In this document: positions 10,556 to 19,307 of the stretch, piece by piece | How positions within the stretch are numbered: position 1 is the stretch's first letter | How the letters are laid out: every line of letters starts with the position of its first letter | Assembly: GCA_964405015.1 (NCBI GenBank) | Contig: CAYOME010000003.1 | Coordinates: 11,359 to 75,358, forward strand | Direction of reading: 5' to 3' | DNA: 64,000 bases | DNA from: an uncultured Candidatus Saccharibacteria bacterium | GTDB taxonomy: Bacteria > Patescibacteriota > Dojkabacteria > SC72 | Notes under the pieces: generated by a model | Database searches by the model: none | Told to the model about the DNA's origin: nothing | The model's input: the letters and a program-made list of their open reading frames with translations, nothing else | Position numbers and translations under genes: made by a program

Positions 10556-11537
10556 AATATTCATACTTGCATTGATAACTGTTGTTGTTGGAGGATTCCT
10601 GATAAAAAGGAACTACAGTACAACAATAGAGATACCAAACAGTGAACAATCTGAAAAGGTAGTCTTAGAAATTAAACAGGGCCAAACTTTAGAAACAATA
10701 GTTGATGAATTAATAAAAGCTGGAGTATTAAGAGACAATTGGAAAATATATTTTGAGACATACGTAAAACTTAACAAATTAGCACCTAAGATTCAGGCGG
10801 GGGTATATCAAATACCAAAGAACCTAAATATAAAAGAAATAGCTGAAATGATTCAGTTCTCACAAGAACAAGCTGTATGGGTAACTATACAAGAAGGTCT
10901 TAGAAAAGATGAAATTGCAGATATTCTCTACGAAGAGTTGGGGAATTTTGATGAATCTCAATTTTCTAAAGAAGAGTTTCTTTCTTTAACAACAGATATT
11001 GAATACATAACCTCTTTGCAAATACCTTTCGAACTGTCTGACCTTGAAGGATATATATTTCCAGATAAATATTCTTTTGCTGTAAACTCCAAAACAAAAG
11101 ATATCCTCGGAGTAATGATTACTAACTTTAAAAACAAAGTCGGTTTTGGAGATGAATATCAGGATATAATTGTTGCAAGTATGGTTGAAAGAGAGGGATA
11201 TACATCAGAAGATAGGCCAATGATTGCAGATGTAATAAAGAAGAGATACAACGAGGGATGGTTACTACAAATAGATGCAACCCTACTGTATCCAAGGAAA
11301 GATTGGAAGGCAACCATAACTGACAAAGATAAGCAAAGCGATAGTCCATACAATACATACAAATTCCAAGGATATCCACCAACACCAATATGTAATCCTG
11401 GATTAGCTGCAATAAATGCAGTAAGAAATCCTAAACCAAATCCATATTACTACTACATACATGATAATGATGGGGTTGCTCATTTTGCAAAAACCTTAGC
11501 AGAGCATAACCAGAATGTTCAAAAATATCTTAGATAA
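10539..11537 (+). CDS. mltG: Endolytic murein transglycosylase MltG (YceG family)
   Basis: N-terminal TM segment followed by a YceG-like domain (LQIDATLLY, GYPPTPICNPG). Confidence 0.75.
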   Translation: MKTIFRIFILALITVVVGGFLIKRNYSTTIEIPNSEQSEKVVLEIKQGQTLETIVDELIKAGVLRDNWKIYFETYVKLNKLAPKIQAGVYQIPKNLNIKEIAEMIQFSQEQAVWVTIQEGLRKDEIADILYEELGNFDESQFSKEEFLSLTTDIEYITSLQIPFELSDLEGYIFPDKYSFAVNSKTKDILGVMITNFKNKVGFGDEYQDIIVASMVEREGYTSEDRPMIADVIKKRYNEGWLLQIDATLLYPRKDWKATITDKDKQSDSPYNTYKFQGYPPTPICNPGLAAINAVRNPKPNPYYYYIHDNDGVAHFAKTLAEHNQNVQKYLR

Positions 11538-11554
11538 ATTACAGCCATCTGCCC

Positions 11555-12979
11555 ATGGGAGTATCTATAAATATGAGTGACAAAGACTTAACCAATAGAG
11601 TATCCATACCTACTAAAGCAAAAAAGAAGGTGAAAATATTACCTTTGATAATAGGTATTGTTCTTGTTTGCGTAATAAGTGTTGCAGGTTACTTCATATA
11701 CAAAGGATATATGGTCTCTAAAGATATCGGATTTAATTTCTCTCCAGGATCAATACTTCAACCTGAAAAAGAACCAGAGTTAAAAAAAGACTCTACGGGT
11801 AAATATACAAATGTCATGCTTGTTGGTATCGATACTAGAGAGACTGGAAATTTAATGAATACAGATACAATAATAATAGCTTCATACAATTACGAGACTA
11901 ATAATGTTGTAATGATCTCCATACCAAGAGATTTCCATGTACAAGTAGATCCTAATAAATATTGGTTTAATAGAATAAATTCTGTATATTCAGTTAACGA
12001 GCAGAAAGAAAAAGATTCTGGTTTAGACGCATTAAAAGAAGTAGTACAGGAAGTAACTGATATTGAAATCCAATACTATGCAATGATAGATTACAACGGC
12101 TTTGTAGACCTCATTGATGCCGTTGGAGGAGTATATGTAAATGTAGAAAACAGCTTTACTGATTACATGTACCCAAAAGGTACAAAATATGAGACAGTCT
12201 CTTTTAAAGAAGGTCCACAATTAATGGATGGTACTACTGCCCTTAAATATTCCAGATCCAGACACTCAATGCAAAACAATGAAGGATCTGATTTCGCAAG
12301 AGCAAGAAGACAACAGAATGTAATACTTGCATTCAAAGATACGGTATTAAGTTCAGAAACCTTGCTTAATCCTAAAAAGATAATGGATTTGATGAGTGCA
12401 ATACAAAACAATCTTAAGATCTCAGAATTTACCTTAGATGATATACAAGCAGGAGTTAATATATTAGAGAAATATAGTGAATCCCAAGGTAAATCATATT
12501 CCTTTGTATTAGATCCTTCTTCAGGAAACTTTACATTGATAACGAGTGAAAATGTAGTAAATACAGGAGCATATGCAATAGGGCCAATAGCAGGATTAGG
12601 CGAATACGATGAAATAAAGGAATATGTATCCTACATACTCAAAGAACCAGATATATATTCTCAAAATCCATCGATATATGTATATAACACAGGATTAGGA
12701 TATCAAGATACTTACAAAAAAGCAGAGGAACTAAGAAAAGAATATAAATATTTAAATATTAAATTCCTAGGAACAATATACAGTGATAAGGAGAATACAT
12801 ACGTATATTCAAACTCTGAGGAAGATCTTACTAATATAGTGAGTAAATTTGCTCAATATTTAAATACAACAAATACATCTAAACCAGAATATATTACAAC
12901 CAAGCTAAGAGGAGAAGACATCTCAATATTAATGGGAAAAGAACCCCTTCCACAAGAATCAGAGATAGAGGATAATTAA
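11555..12979 (+). CDS. LytR-CpsA-Psr (LCP) family cell-wall polymer transferase
   Basis: TM anchor then LCP core (NVMLVGIDTRE...TDTIIIASYN...VVMISIPRD...NSVY). About 150-aa C-terminal extension. Confidence 0.7.
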   Translation: MGVSINMSDKDLTNRVSIPTKAKKKVKILPLIIGIVLVCVISVAGYFIYKGYMVSKDIGFNFSPGSILQPEKEPELKKDSTGKYTNVMLVGIDTRETGNLMNTDTIIIASYNYETNNVVMISIPRDFHVQVDPNKYWFNRINSVYSVNEQKEKDSGLDALKEVVQEVTDIEIQYYAMIDYNGFVDLIDAVGGVYVNVENSFTDYMYPKGTKYETVSFKEGPQLMDGTTALKYSRSRHSMQNNEGSDFARARRQQNVILAFKDTVLSSETLLNPKKIMDLMSAIQNNLKISEFTLDDIQAGVNILEKYSESQGKSYSFVLDPSSGNFTLITSENVVNTGAYAIGPIAGLGEYDEIKEYVSYILKEPDIYSQNPSIYVYNTGLGYQDTYKKAEELRKEYKYLNIKFLGTIYSDKENTYVYSNSEEDLTNIVSKFAQYLNTTNTSKPEYITTKLRGEDISILMGKEPLPQESEIEDN

Positions 12980-12981
12980 AC

Positions 12982-13908
12982 ATGTACAAGCTCTACATTG
13001 GTAATGAAACATATATCTCTTTACAGAAAGTAAAACGGGATATATCTCAAATACAACAAGATGAGAATCTAGAATATCTTTCATTAGATGGAGAAAAAAC
13101 AAAAGCTGCTGAAATAGTCGATATCATTTCATCCCCTTCTCTCTTTTCTACAAAAAGAATACTTCTTGTAAAAAGGGTATACAGAAATAAAGAAAAAGAG
13201 CAGATACTCAACTTTCTTTTAAAATACCTACAAAATGATATCTCCGATCATATATTCCTCTGGGAAGATCAAAAAGTTAGTTCTGTAACAAAGTATGTAA
13301 AATTCTTTAAAGCTAAAAACCTTTTAGAAGAATATACACAATTAAACAAGAGAACTTTCTTAACGTGGGCAAAAGAAGAAATAAAAGAGAAAGAATTAAA
13401 TATCGATAGCTATTCAATATCCTTACTCTCCCAGTACTCCAACTATGACCCTGAAAGGTTTGAAAATAATCTAATGAAATTAAAACTTACTGAAAAAGAG
13501 AAAATAACAGAAGAGGACATTAAAGAATTCTCAGCAGATACCCTAGAACAAGATATATGGAAACTCTTAGATGAGATTAATACCCAAGACGGGAAACCAC
13601 TACTCCTAATGGAAAAACTTTTTAAACAAGATGTTGATGCGAACTACCTAATTGCAATGATAGCAAGGAATTTAAGGATCGTGTGTATGACAAAAGATTT
13701 ACTAAAAAGAAATGTTGCATATCCCCAATTAGCATCAATACTTAAGGTCCCACCATTTACATTAAAACCAATAGTAGACGCAAGTAATAGATATTCAGAT
13801 GAAAAAATATTAAATATATATGAGAAATTAACAAGTCTAGACTATGAAATAAAGGTAGGAAGAATTGAACCTAAATTAGGCTTAACATTGCTTTGTACCA
13901 TATTGTAG
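12982..13908 (+). CDS. DNA polymerase III delta subunit-like protein
   Basis: Size and C-terminal helical region (LIAMIARNLRIV, LLDEINTQDGKPLLLMEKL) resemble HolA. No strong motif, so the assignment is tentative. Confidence 0.4.
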   Translation: MYKLYIGNETYISLQKVKRDISQIQQDENLEYLSLDGEKTKAAEIVDIISSPSLFSTKRILLVKRVYRNKEKEQILNFLLKYLQNDISDHIFLWEDQKVSSVTKYVKFFKAKNLLEEYTQLNKRTFLTWAKEEIKEKELNIDSYSISLLSQYSNYDPERFENNLMKLKLTEKEKITEEDIKEFSADTLEQDIWKLLDEINTQDGKPLLLMEKLFKQDVDANYLIAMIARNLRIVCMTKDLLKRNVAYPQLASILKVPPFTLKPIVDASNRYSDEKILNIYEKLTSLDYEIKVGRIEPKLGLTLLCTIL

Positions 13909-13917
13909 ATATATTCA

Positions 13918-13947
13918 TTGACATTACCATCGATATTCTCATAAACT
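13918..13947 (+). promoter_or_regulatory. Putative sigma70-like promoter for the surface-protein gene
   Basis: TTGACA at 13918-13923, a 17-18-nt spacer, then ATAAAC/TAAACT. Lies about 45 nt upstream of the 13990 start. Confidence 0.3.
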
Positions 13948-13989
13948 CTATACAACGGAATTCTTTAATATACAACTTACTGCCATTAG

Positions 13990-15726
13990 ATGAGTACACA
14001 GAGTAGAAATACAAAAAGAGCACTTAGAGTCTTACTTTTTGTAGGAGGTTTTCTCATACTAGCATTGATAGCAGCAGTCATCTATTTCTATACAATTGGT
14101 GATCTAACAAAAGATGATGATCAGAAGAATCAAATTACTTGTGGATGTTACATCATCGACCCTGCCGTAATAAACGATTGTGGTGATCCTAAAAAAGCAA
14201 TACTTTTTACAACCAAAACAGTAGCCTCAGATCAAGTCTGTAATGCACAATGTGATACGAATGCTCTCTCAGAATATGTCTTAAAAAGTACGACTGAAAC
14301 AAACAGATACAAAAGCTGTACTGTAAGAAGTATATCCGATGCAAGATGTCAGGATATGGTACTTACAGACCAAGATGGTAAATTAATTACAGGAAAAGTA
14401 TCCCCAGAAGATGAAATAAATATTAAAGCAACATTCGATAGCGAAGATTACTCCGAATATGTCTTTAAGATTAACAGCCAAACTGAACAACCAGACAAAA
14501 CAGAAGGTCCAGTAATATCAAAAAAGATCTCTGAATTAGGAGATACCAATGCCATTGAAATAGTTGCTACAGCAAAGGATAAAAAAGGAGATAATATTAA
14601 TTCAATAATATGTAGAAGAGTCGTAGAAGTTCAACAACAAAGTGGAGTTGGTGCAAATGCAATCTCAGCCTCAACTGAAAGACAAAGCGATGGAAGAACC
14701 AAAATATCTCAAGTGATAATCTCTGTTGGACAAATTGCTAGCGAGAATGTAAAAGTTAGTTTCTCTTTTGGAAGTAACTACCCTACTCTAATTGCTCAAG
14801 ATGGTCTAAATATTGAAAGTTCTAAAGGATCAATTACCATTACTAAAGCAGACCTTTACAACACAGCTAACTTCCAAGGAGGACAATCATTTGCAATATT
14901 AGATAACCATCAGGGTAAACTAACAATAACCGCAGATATTTTTGTAGATGATGTAAGCATTGGAGTTGTAAATACAGAAGTTGATTTTGCAGAGATAGAG
15001 GAACCTTCATTAGAAGATCCTGAACCAGAAGTTGAAGAAGAGGAAGAATCGAACTTTGCTACTTCTAAAACTGCATCACCTCTTTGTGTAGAAAGAGTTG
15101 ATGGAAAGAATGAAGCTACATTTACAATATCTGTAAAAAACAATTCAAGTGTAGATCAAGGAATTACCTCCATTAAAGATAAATTACCATTGGGTTTTGA
15201 ATATATACCAGAAAGTACAAAAATAAATGGAGCAACAGTAAGCGACAGTTCAAATGTTACAGTTACTACAGTAGGTTCAACCAAAGAAATAGTCTGGCAA
15301 CAAACATTACCTTGGAATATTACAGCAGGTAATCAAATGATTATCATATTCAAAGCAAAGGCAGGCACAGATACATTAACAGGAGATAACCTAAATGAAA
15401 TAATTGTAAACCCAGTACAAATACCATCAGATCCAGCAACACTTAGAGCTCAAGCTGGAATTGTTGTAGCACAAGACTGTAACAATCCTCCAACAGGTAC
15501 CACTATTCCAAAGACAGGAATCTTTGACAATATATTTGTAAGAATATTCTTAGGGGCAATATTGTTTGCAACAGCATGGATTGTATATACAAGACCAGAA
15601 GGATCAAAGATCTCTGAAATGATAGTCGGCTCAGATCTTTACAAAGATGCTGAGTTAGCAAAATACAAAGTAACCAATCCTAAAAAATACTTCGAAGAAA
15701 AAGTCCTTAGAGGGAAGAAGGAGTAA
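13990..15726 (+). CDS. Surface protein with Cys-rich N-region, DUF11-like conserved repeat domain and C-terminal IPKTG-hydrophobic-basic sorting-like signal
   Basis: N-terminal TM. Multiple Cys in the first 130 aa. DUF11-like block (TFTISVKNNSSVDQGITSIKDKLPLGFEYIPEST). IPKTG at nt 15505-15519 followed by IFDNIFVRIFLGAILFATAWIVYT and RPEGSK. Confidence 0.5.
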   Translation: MSTQSRNTKRALRVLLFVGGFLILALIAAVIYFYTIGDLTKDDDQKNQITCGCYIIDPAVINDCGDPKKAILFTTKTVASDQVCNAQCDTNALSEYVLKSTTETNRYKSCTVRSISDARCQDMVLTDQDGKLITGKVSPEDEINIKATFDSEDYSEYVFKINSQTEQPDKTEGPVISKKISELGDTNAIEIVATAKDKKGDNINSIICRRVVEVQQQSGVGANAISASTERQSDGRTKISQVIISVGQIASENVKVSFSFGSNYPTLIAQDGLNIESSKGSITITKADLYNTANFQGGQSFAILDNHQGKLTITADIFVDDVSIGVVNTEVDFAEIEEPSLEDPEPEVEEEEESNFATSKTASPLCVERVDGKNEATFTISVKNNSSVDQGITSIKDKLPLGFEYIPESTKINGATVSDSSNVTVTTVGSTKEIVWQQTLPWNITAGNQMIIIFKAKAGTDTLTGDNLNEIIVNPVQIPSDPATLRAQAGIVVAQDCNNPPTGTTIPKTGIFDNIFVRIFLGAILFATAWIVYTRPEGSKISEMIVGSDLYKDAELAKYKVTNPKKYFEEKVLRGKKE

Positions 15727-16129
15727 AAGAGAGTGGTAAACCATCCTTACCATATGTAACCCCATCTGATACGATTGAAAAGAAATATGTCTTAGAAGAT
15801 AGGACGGAATCAATAACTACAAAATGATTAATATCTTTTACATCATTTTTCAAATCTATACCTACTAAATTAAGATCCTTCATCTCATTACCATATATAA
15901 TATATGCTGAACATTTTTCTTTGCTTAGCCAAGATATCTCAACAGAGTTAGGAGATTCCCCCTTCTGAATCTTAACATTGTATGGATCACAACCATCAAT
16001 AGAAACTGAGCTATTTGATCCAGAAACCTTAAATACAACAATACCAATAGAAATTAATATAACAGTTAAAAATATTCCAATTGTAAATACCCATCTACTT
16101 CTCATTTTCTTCAACGATAATATATTCAA
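15707..16129 (-). CDS. Small membrane-anchored protein with FN3/Ig-like ectodomain (hypothetical)
   Basis: N-terminal TM WVFTIGIFLTVILISIGIVVF and a beta-rich about 100-aa domain. No recognisable enzymatic motif. Confidence 0.35.
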   Translation of the reverse strand: MNILSLKKMRSRWVFTIGIFLTVILISIGIVVFKVSGSNSSVSIDGCDPYNVKIQKGESPNSVEISWLSKEKCSAYIIYGNEMKDLNLVGIDLKNDVKDINHFVVIDSVLSSKTYFFSIVSDGVTYGKDGLPLSFTPSSL

Positions 16130-16508
16130 TTAAATCAGAACTCCCATACCCATCAGAGATCTTTAAAACTACTTTGTATGTACCAACATCATCTAAGCTT
16201 GGAGTACCTTTCAATATTAAACCCTCTTCAAAGTATAACCAACTTGGCCCATCTTCCATAGTAATAACTACCGAATCTATATCCTTCGATACAACCCTTG
16301 GAACAAATACATACTCCTCACCAGCAATTACACTTCTAGGCATAAGGTTAGTAATATATGGATAAGAAGATACAATATCTCTCTGTATATTTACACCCTT
16401 AACATCTTTTTCCTTTAAAAGAAGATATATAGGTGAGATAACACTCAAAATAAATATAAAAGAGAAGATTACATACCCAAGAACTTTCTTTGTATTCGAT
16501 ATATCCAT
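16095..16508 (-). CDS. Small membrane-anchored protein with putative Ig (He_PIG-like) domain (hypothetical)
   Basis: N-terminal TM, then LKGTPSLDDVGTYKVVLKISDGYGSSD resembling the cadherin-like putative-Ig fold. Confidence 0.4.
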   Translation of the reverse strand: MDISNTKKVLGYVIFSFIFILSVISPIYLLLKEKDVKGVNIQRDIVSSYPYITNLMPRSVIAGEEYVFVPRVVSKDIDSVVITMEDGPSWLYFEEGLILKGTPSLDDVGTYKVVLKISDGYGSSDLIEYIIVEENEK

Positions 16509-16604
16509 AAAAATAGTGTATCAAGTAAATATTCTGTTTACAAACATACTCTTACCAGATATAATACAACGCAATATTGAATCATTTTAATTACACATTT
16601 AGGA

Positions 16605-16901
16605 ATGCCAAATTTAAAAACATCTATTAAAGACTTAAGACAAACAAAGAGAAGAACTCTTTACAATGATAGACTCAGAAACAGAGTAAAAAAAGCTGTA
16701 AAGAAATTTCAAGATCTTGTAAAGACAGATGAAAAGGAAGCTGCAGAGAAGAGTTTAAAACAATCTTTTAAAGTTCTTGACAAAGCAGCTAAAAATCATG
16801 TTATAAAGAAGGGTAAAGCAAGTCGAAAAAAATCTAGACTTGCAATTCAACTTAACAAACTGTCCATAGATAATGTCAAAACTGATCAAAAGAGCTCTTA
16901 A
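16605..16901 (+). CDS. rpsT: 30S ribosomal protein S20
   Basis: MPNLKTSIKDLRQTKRRTLYNDRLRNRVKKAVKKF matches the S20 N-terminus. Basic helical protein. The 3' end overlaps the next ORF, so the exact stop or the neighbour's start is uncertain. Confidence 0.8.
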   Translation: MPNLKTSIKDLRQTKRRTLYNDRLRNRVKKAVKKFQDLVKTDEKEAAEKSLKQSFKVLDKAAKNHVIKKGKASRKKSRLAIQLNKLSIDNVKTDQKSS

Positions 16902-17421
16902 AGATTCACTCTTTCCTGCCATATCGATGATTGCAGGAAAAGTTGTAGGTATCTTTTTGGCTAGTGCTACATACGGCCTTTCTTTCGAGATTGGCAATGA
17001 TATAAACCAAAAGTTTTCAACACAGATCTACTTCCATGATCAGGTGACGACCCTTTTTGTAAACTCCTTTTCAGATTTAACAATGTTCCTTTTCATTGCA
17101 GTACCAACAATGTACTTTGTACTTAAGACTGCAATATTCCAATCTTCATTAGATAATCCTAAGACCATTGTTAAAGTAACTAAACTTAATCTCTTACAAT
17201 GGATTACTAAAGATGACACAACATTCTTACGTATCTTCATATGGTGTGCATTCCTTTGGGTATCATCTGCAGTAATAGTTTCAAACTCTTTACAAAACAA
17301 TACATATACATGGGTAGGGATAATAGCTGGAGCTACTGCATTCCTTTCTGTTTTTGGAGCAATTAAAACATTTGAAGTAGAATCTAATAAAGTATATCCT
17401 GATAGAAAGAAATATTACTAA
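16873..17421 (+). CDS. Hypothetical 4-TM membrane protein
   Basis: Four hydrophobic helices. The real start is possibly the internal ATG near 16927. First gene of a tightly packed operon running to 20069. Confidence 0.4.
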   Translation: MSKLIKRALKDSLFPAISMIAGKVVGIFLASATYGLSFEIGNDINQKFSTQIYFHDQVTTLFVNSFSDLTMFLFIAVPTMYFVLKTAIFQSSLDNPKTIVKVTKLNLLQWITKDDTTFLRIFIWCAFLWVSSAVIVSNSLQNNTYTWVGIIAGATAFLSVFGAIKTFEVESNKVYPDRKKYY

Positions 17422-17422
17422 A

Positions 17423-17974
17423 ATGAAAGAGAACAAATTCAAAAAAACATTAGCCTTAGTAGTAGAACCAATAGCATTAGGTTTACTTGCCCTACTCTTC
17501 ATAATACCTACAATAACTGTAGTTAATCTTCAACCACTAACTAAGAAACTAAAAGAAATAAATGTATTGGGTGTAAACAGTTCAGAGGAATTAAAGGTTA
17601 ATATTATAGGTGGTACTCACCAAGTATTCTTTAGTGAGAAACTAGCATCCGAAGAAGGAAGATATCTTTACTCCACTAAACTTACTAAAAGAGAAGCAGA
17701 TAGCTACTCTAAACCGATATTAGAAATAATTAATACCACAGGAGAAAATAAAGAGATAGAGATATATGGAGGTACTCACTTACCAACTAAATCTGATATT
17801 GGTTTAATTATTAATGATCAGAAATACAGATTACAAGAACCTAATGGTGATATTTTAAGACAGAGTATTTCACTTGTTCCTAATGAGAAATATTTAATAT
17901 ATTTGTATATTGAGAGTTTCTCTGATGTTCAATTTGAAGAAGACTTTGAATTAACAATTCTAGAATTAGAATAG
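17423..17974 (+). CDS. Hypothetical N-terminally anchored secreted protein ending ...FELTILELE
   Basis: KKTLALVVEPIALGLLALLFII signal anchor reminiscent of, but not matching, a class III (pilin) signal. Acidic C-terminus shared with the next two genes. Confidence 0.4.
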   Translation: MKENKFKKTLALVVEPIALGLLALLFIIPTITVVNLQPLTKKLKEINVLGVNSSEELKVNIIGGTHQVFFSEKLASEEGRYLYSTKLTKREADSYSKPILEIINTTGENKEIEIYGGTHLPTKSDIGLIINDQKYRLQEPNGDILRQSISLVPNEKYLIYLYIESFSDVQFEEDFELTILELE

Positions 17975-18063
17975 ATATGAAGAAAGATTCTAAAACTAAA
18001 TATCAAATGACTAAAGCCTTTAAGATCTTCCTGTATTTTCTCCCATTACTTCTTTTAATATAT
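17963..18063 (+). repeat. Direct repeat copy 1 (gene-junction cassette boundary, 101 nt)
   Basis: gaattagaatag-NN-atgaagaaagattctaaaactaaatatcaaatgactaaagcctttaagatcttcctgtattttctcccattacttcttttaatatat is 99/101 identical to 19207-19307. Confidence 0.8.
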
Positions 18064-19218
18064 GCATTTGCAATTTGGTATTTCTATTCAGATGGTAAAG
18101 TTGTTGTAAATAAATATATTCAAACAAATATATTAAAAGTTGAGCAGGAAGAAGTAGAAACAATTACCTATACCAGCTCTGTATATCGTATAGGATTTAG
18201 CTATCCCAAAGGATGGACAGTAAAAGAAAGCACCGAGGGTATATTCGTTAGTAGTAATGATGGTAGATATGTGGGAATAAACTATCCAAATACAAGTATT
18301 GGACTAGAAGAATATGCTGTACAAAAATTGAATGACTACAAGGAGGAAATACATTCGAATGATGCAACACTCTCGCTCCAACCAATTAATATATGGTATG
18401 GCATTACTAGCTATGAGTATTTCATTATAGACATTAATGTAATATTTCCAGATTATACTGGATACTTTATTCAAAGTGACTATAATATTGTTGATATAAA
18501 AACTTCAACTGGAGAGATTGAGAAAGATATTGTTACTTCTATTAGATTTCTTAGTTACGATCAACCTCTAGAAGGAAACAACGCTAAGGATTTTGATATA
18601 AGTAAATATTCAGATATAAAACTTAAAGACTATTCAAATCTTTCTGTTTACAATAACCTTGACTCGAGTTGGCCATTACACGTTGGATATTGCAAATCAA
18701 ATACTTGGAACTATTGTCTTACAATCCTTAACAAAGATAATCTTGGAAATAACGAGGATAGAAACGTCCTTGAAAATTTTGAAAAAACCAGAGACGATAT
18801 TTTAAATTCAAAATTGTTTGTAGGAGCTCCTGAAATATTCCAATTTGGAAACTATGAGGGACAAATATTAATTTCTGAGATAAAAGATCTACAAATTCCT
18901 AATATCGATGCATATATTGCGACTGCAAGCTTAGGTTTTCAAAACAGTTACGTTGTTTCATATCCAAAGGGTGAATGGATATACTTAGAAATCTATGCTG
19001 TGTCTGGAAATAACTTACTGAAATTTGAACAGAATGGAAGCACGAGTGAGATGTTACATGTCTCAGATGAAGAGAACAAATCATGTATTATCTCTATTCC
19101 AGACCGCCAAGATGAATACGATAATGAATGCTTTATAAAGTTACTAAATACACCCAAATATAAACAAGAGATTAGAAATAGATTCGAAGAAATGATTAAG
19201 GTTTTTGAATTAGAATAG
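17977..19218 (+). CDS. Surface-anchored hypothetical protein, paralog A (413 aa)
   Basis: N-terminus MKKDSKTKYQMTKAFKIFLYFLPLLLLIY identical to paralog B. Homologous C-terminal domain. C-terminus ...EIRNRFEEMIKVFELE. Confidence 0.5.
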   Translation: MKKDSKTKYQMTKAFKIFLYFLPLLLLIYAFAIWYFYSDGKVVVNKYIQTNILKVEQEEVETITYTSSVYRIGFSYPKGWTVKESTEGIFVSSNDGRYVGINYPNTSIGLEEYAVQKLNDYKEEIHSNDATLSLQPINIWYGITSYEYFIIDINVIFPDYTGYFIQSDYNIVDIKTSTGEIEKDIVTSIRFLSYDQPLEGNNAKDFDISKYSDIKLKDYSNLSVYNNLDSSWPLHVGYCKSNTWNYCLTILNKDNLGNNEDRNVLENFEKTRDDILNSKLFVGAPEIFQFGNYEGQILISEIKDLQIPNIDAYIATASLGFQNSYVVSYPKGEWIYLEIYAVSGNNLLKFEQNGSTSEMLHVSDEENKSCIISIPDRQDEYDNECFIKLLNTPKYKQEIRNRFEEMIKVFELE

Positions 19219-19307
19219 TAATGAAGAAAGATTCTAAAACTAAATATCAAATGACTAAAGCCTTTAAGATCTTCCTGTATTTTCTCCCATTACTTCTTTT
19301 AATATAT
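19207..19307 (+). repeat. Direct repeat copy 2 (gene-junction cassette boundary, 101 nt)
   Basis: See copy 1. Covers the stop of the upstream gene plus the first 87 nt of the downstream gene. Confidence 0.8.

Noticed and set aside
16755-17502. Minus-strand ORFs 16755-16997, 17040-17300, 17290-17502
   Set aside because: Antisense to rpsT and to the co-directional plus-strand operon. Hydrophobic or low-complexity products with no motifs.
17423-17520. Type IV pilin or pseudopilin call for the 183-aa protein
   Set aside because: The N-terminus has a basic leader and hydrophobic helix, but it lacks the Gly at -1 and Glu at +5 of a class III signal (Glu is at +7 after KK). It is kept only as a weak resemblance.
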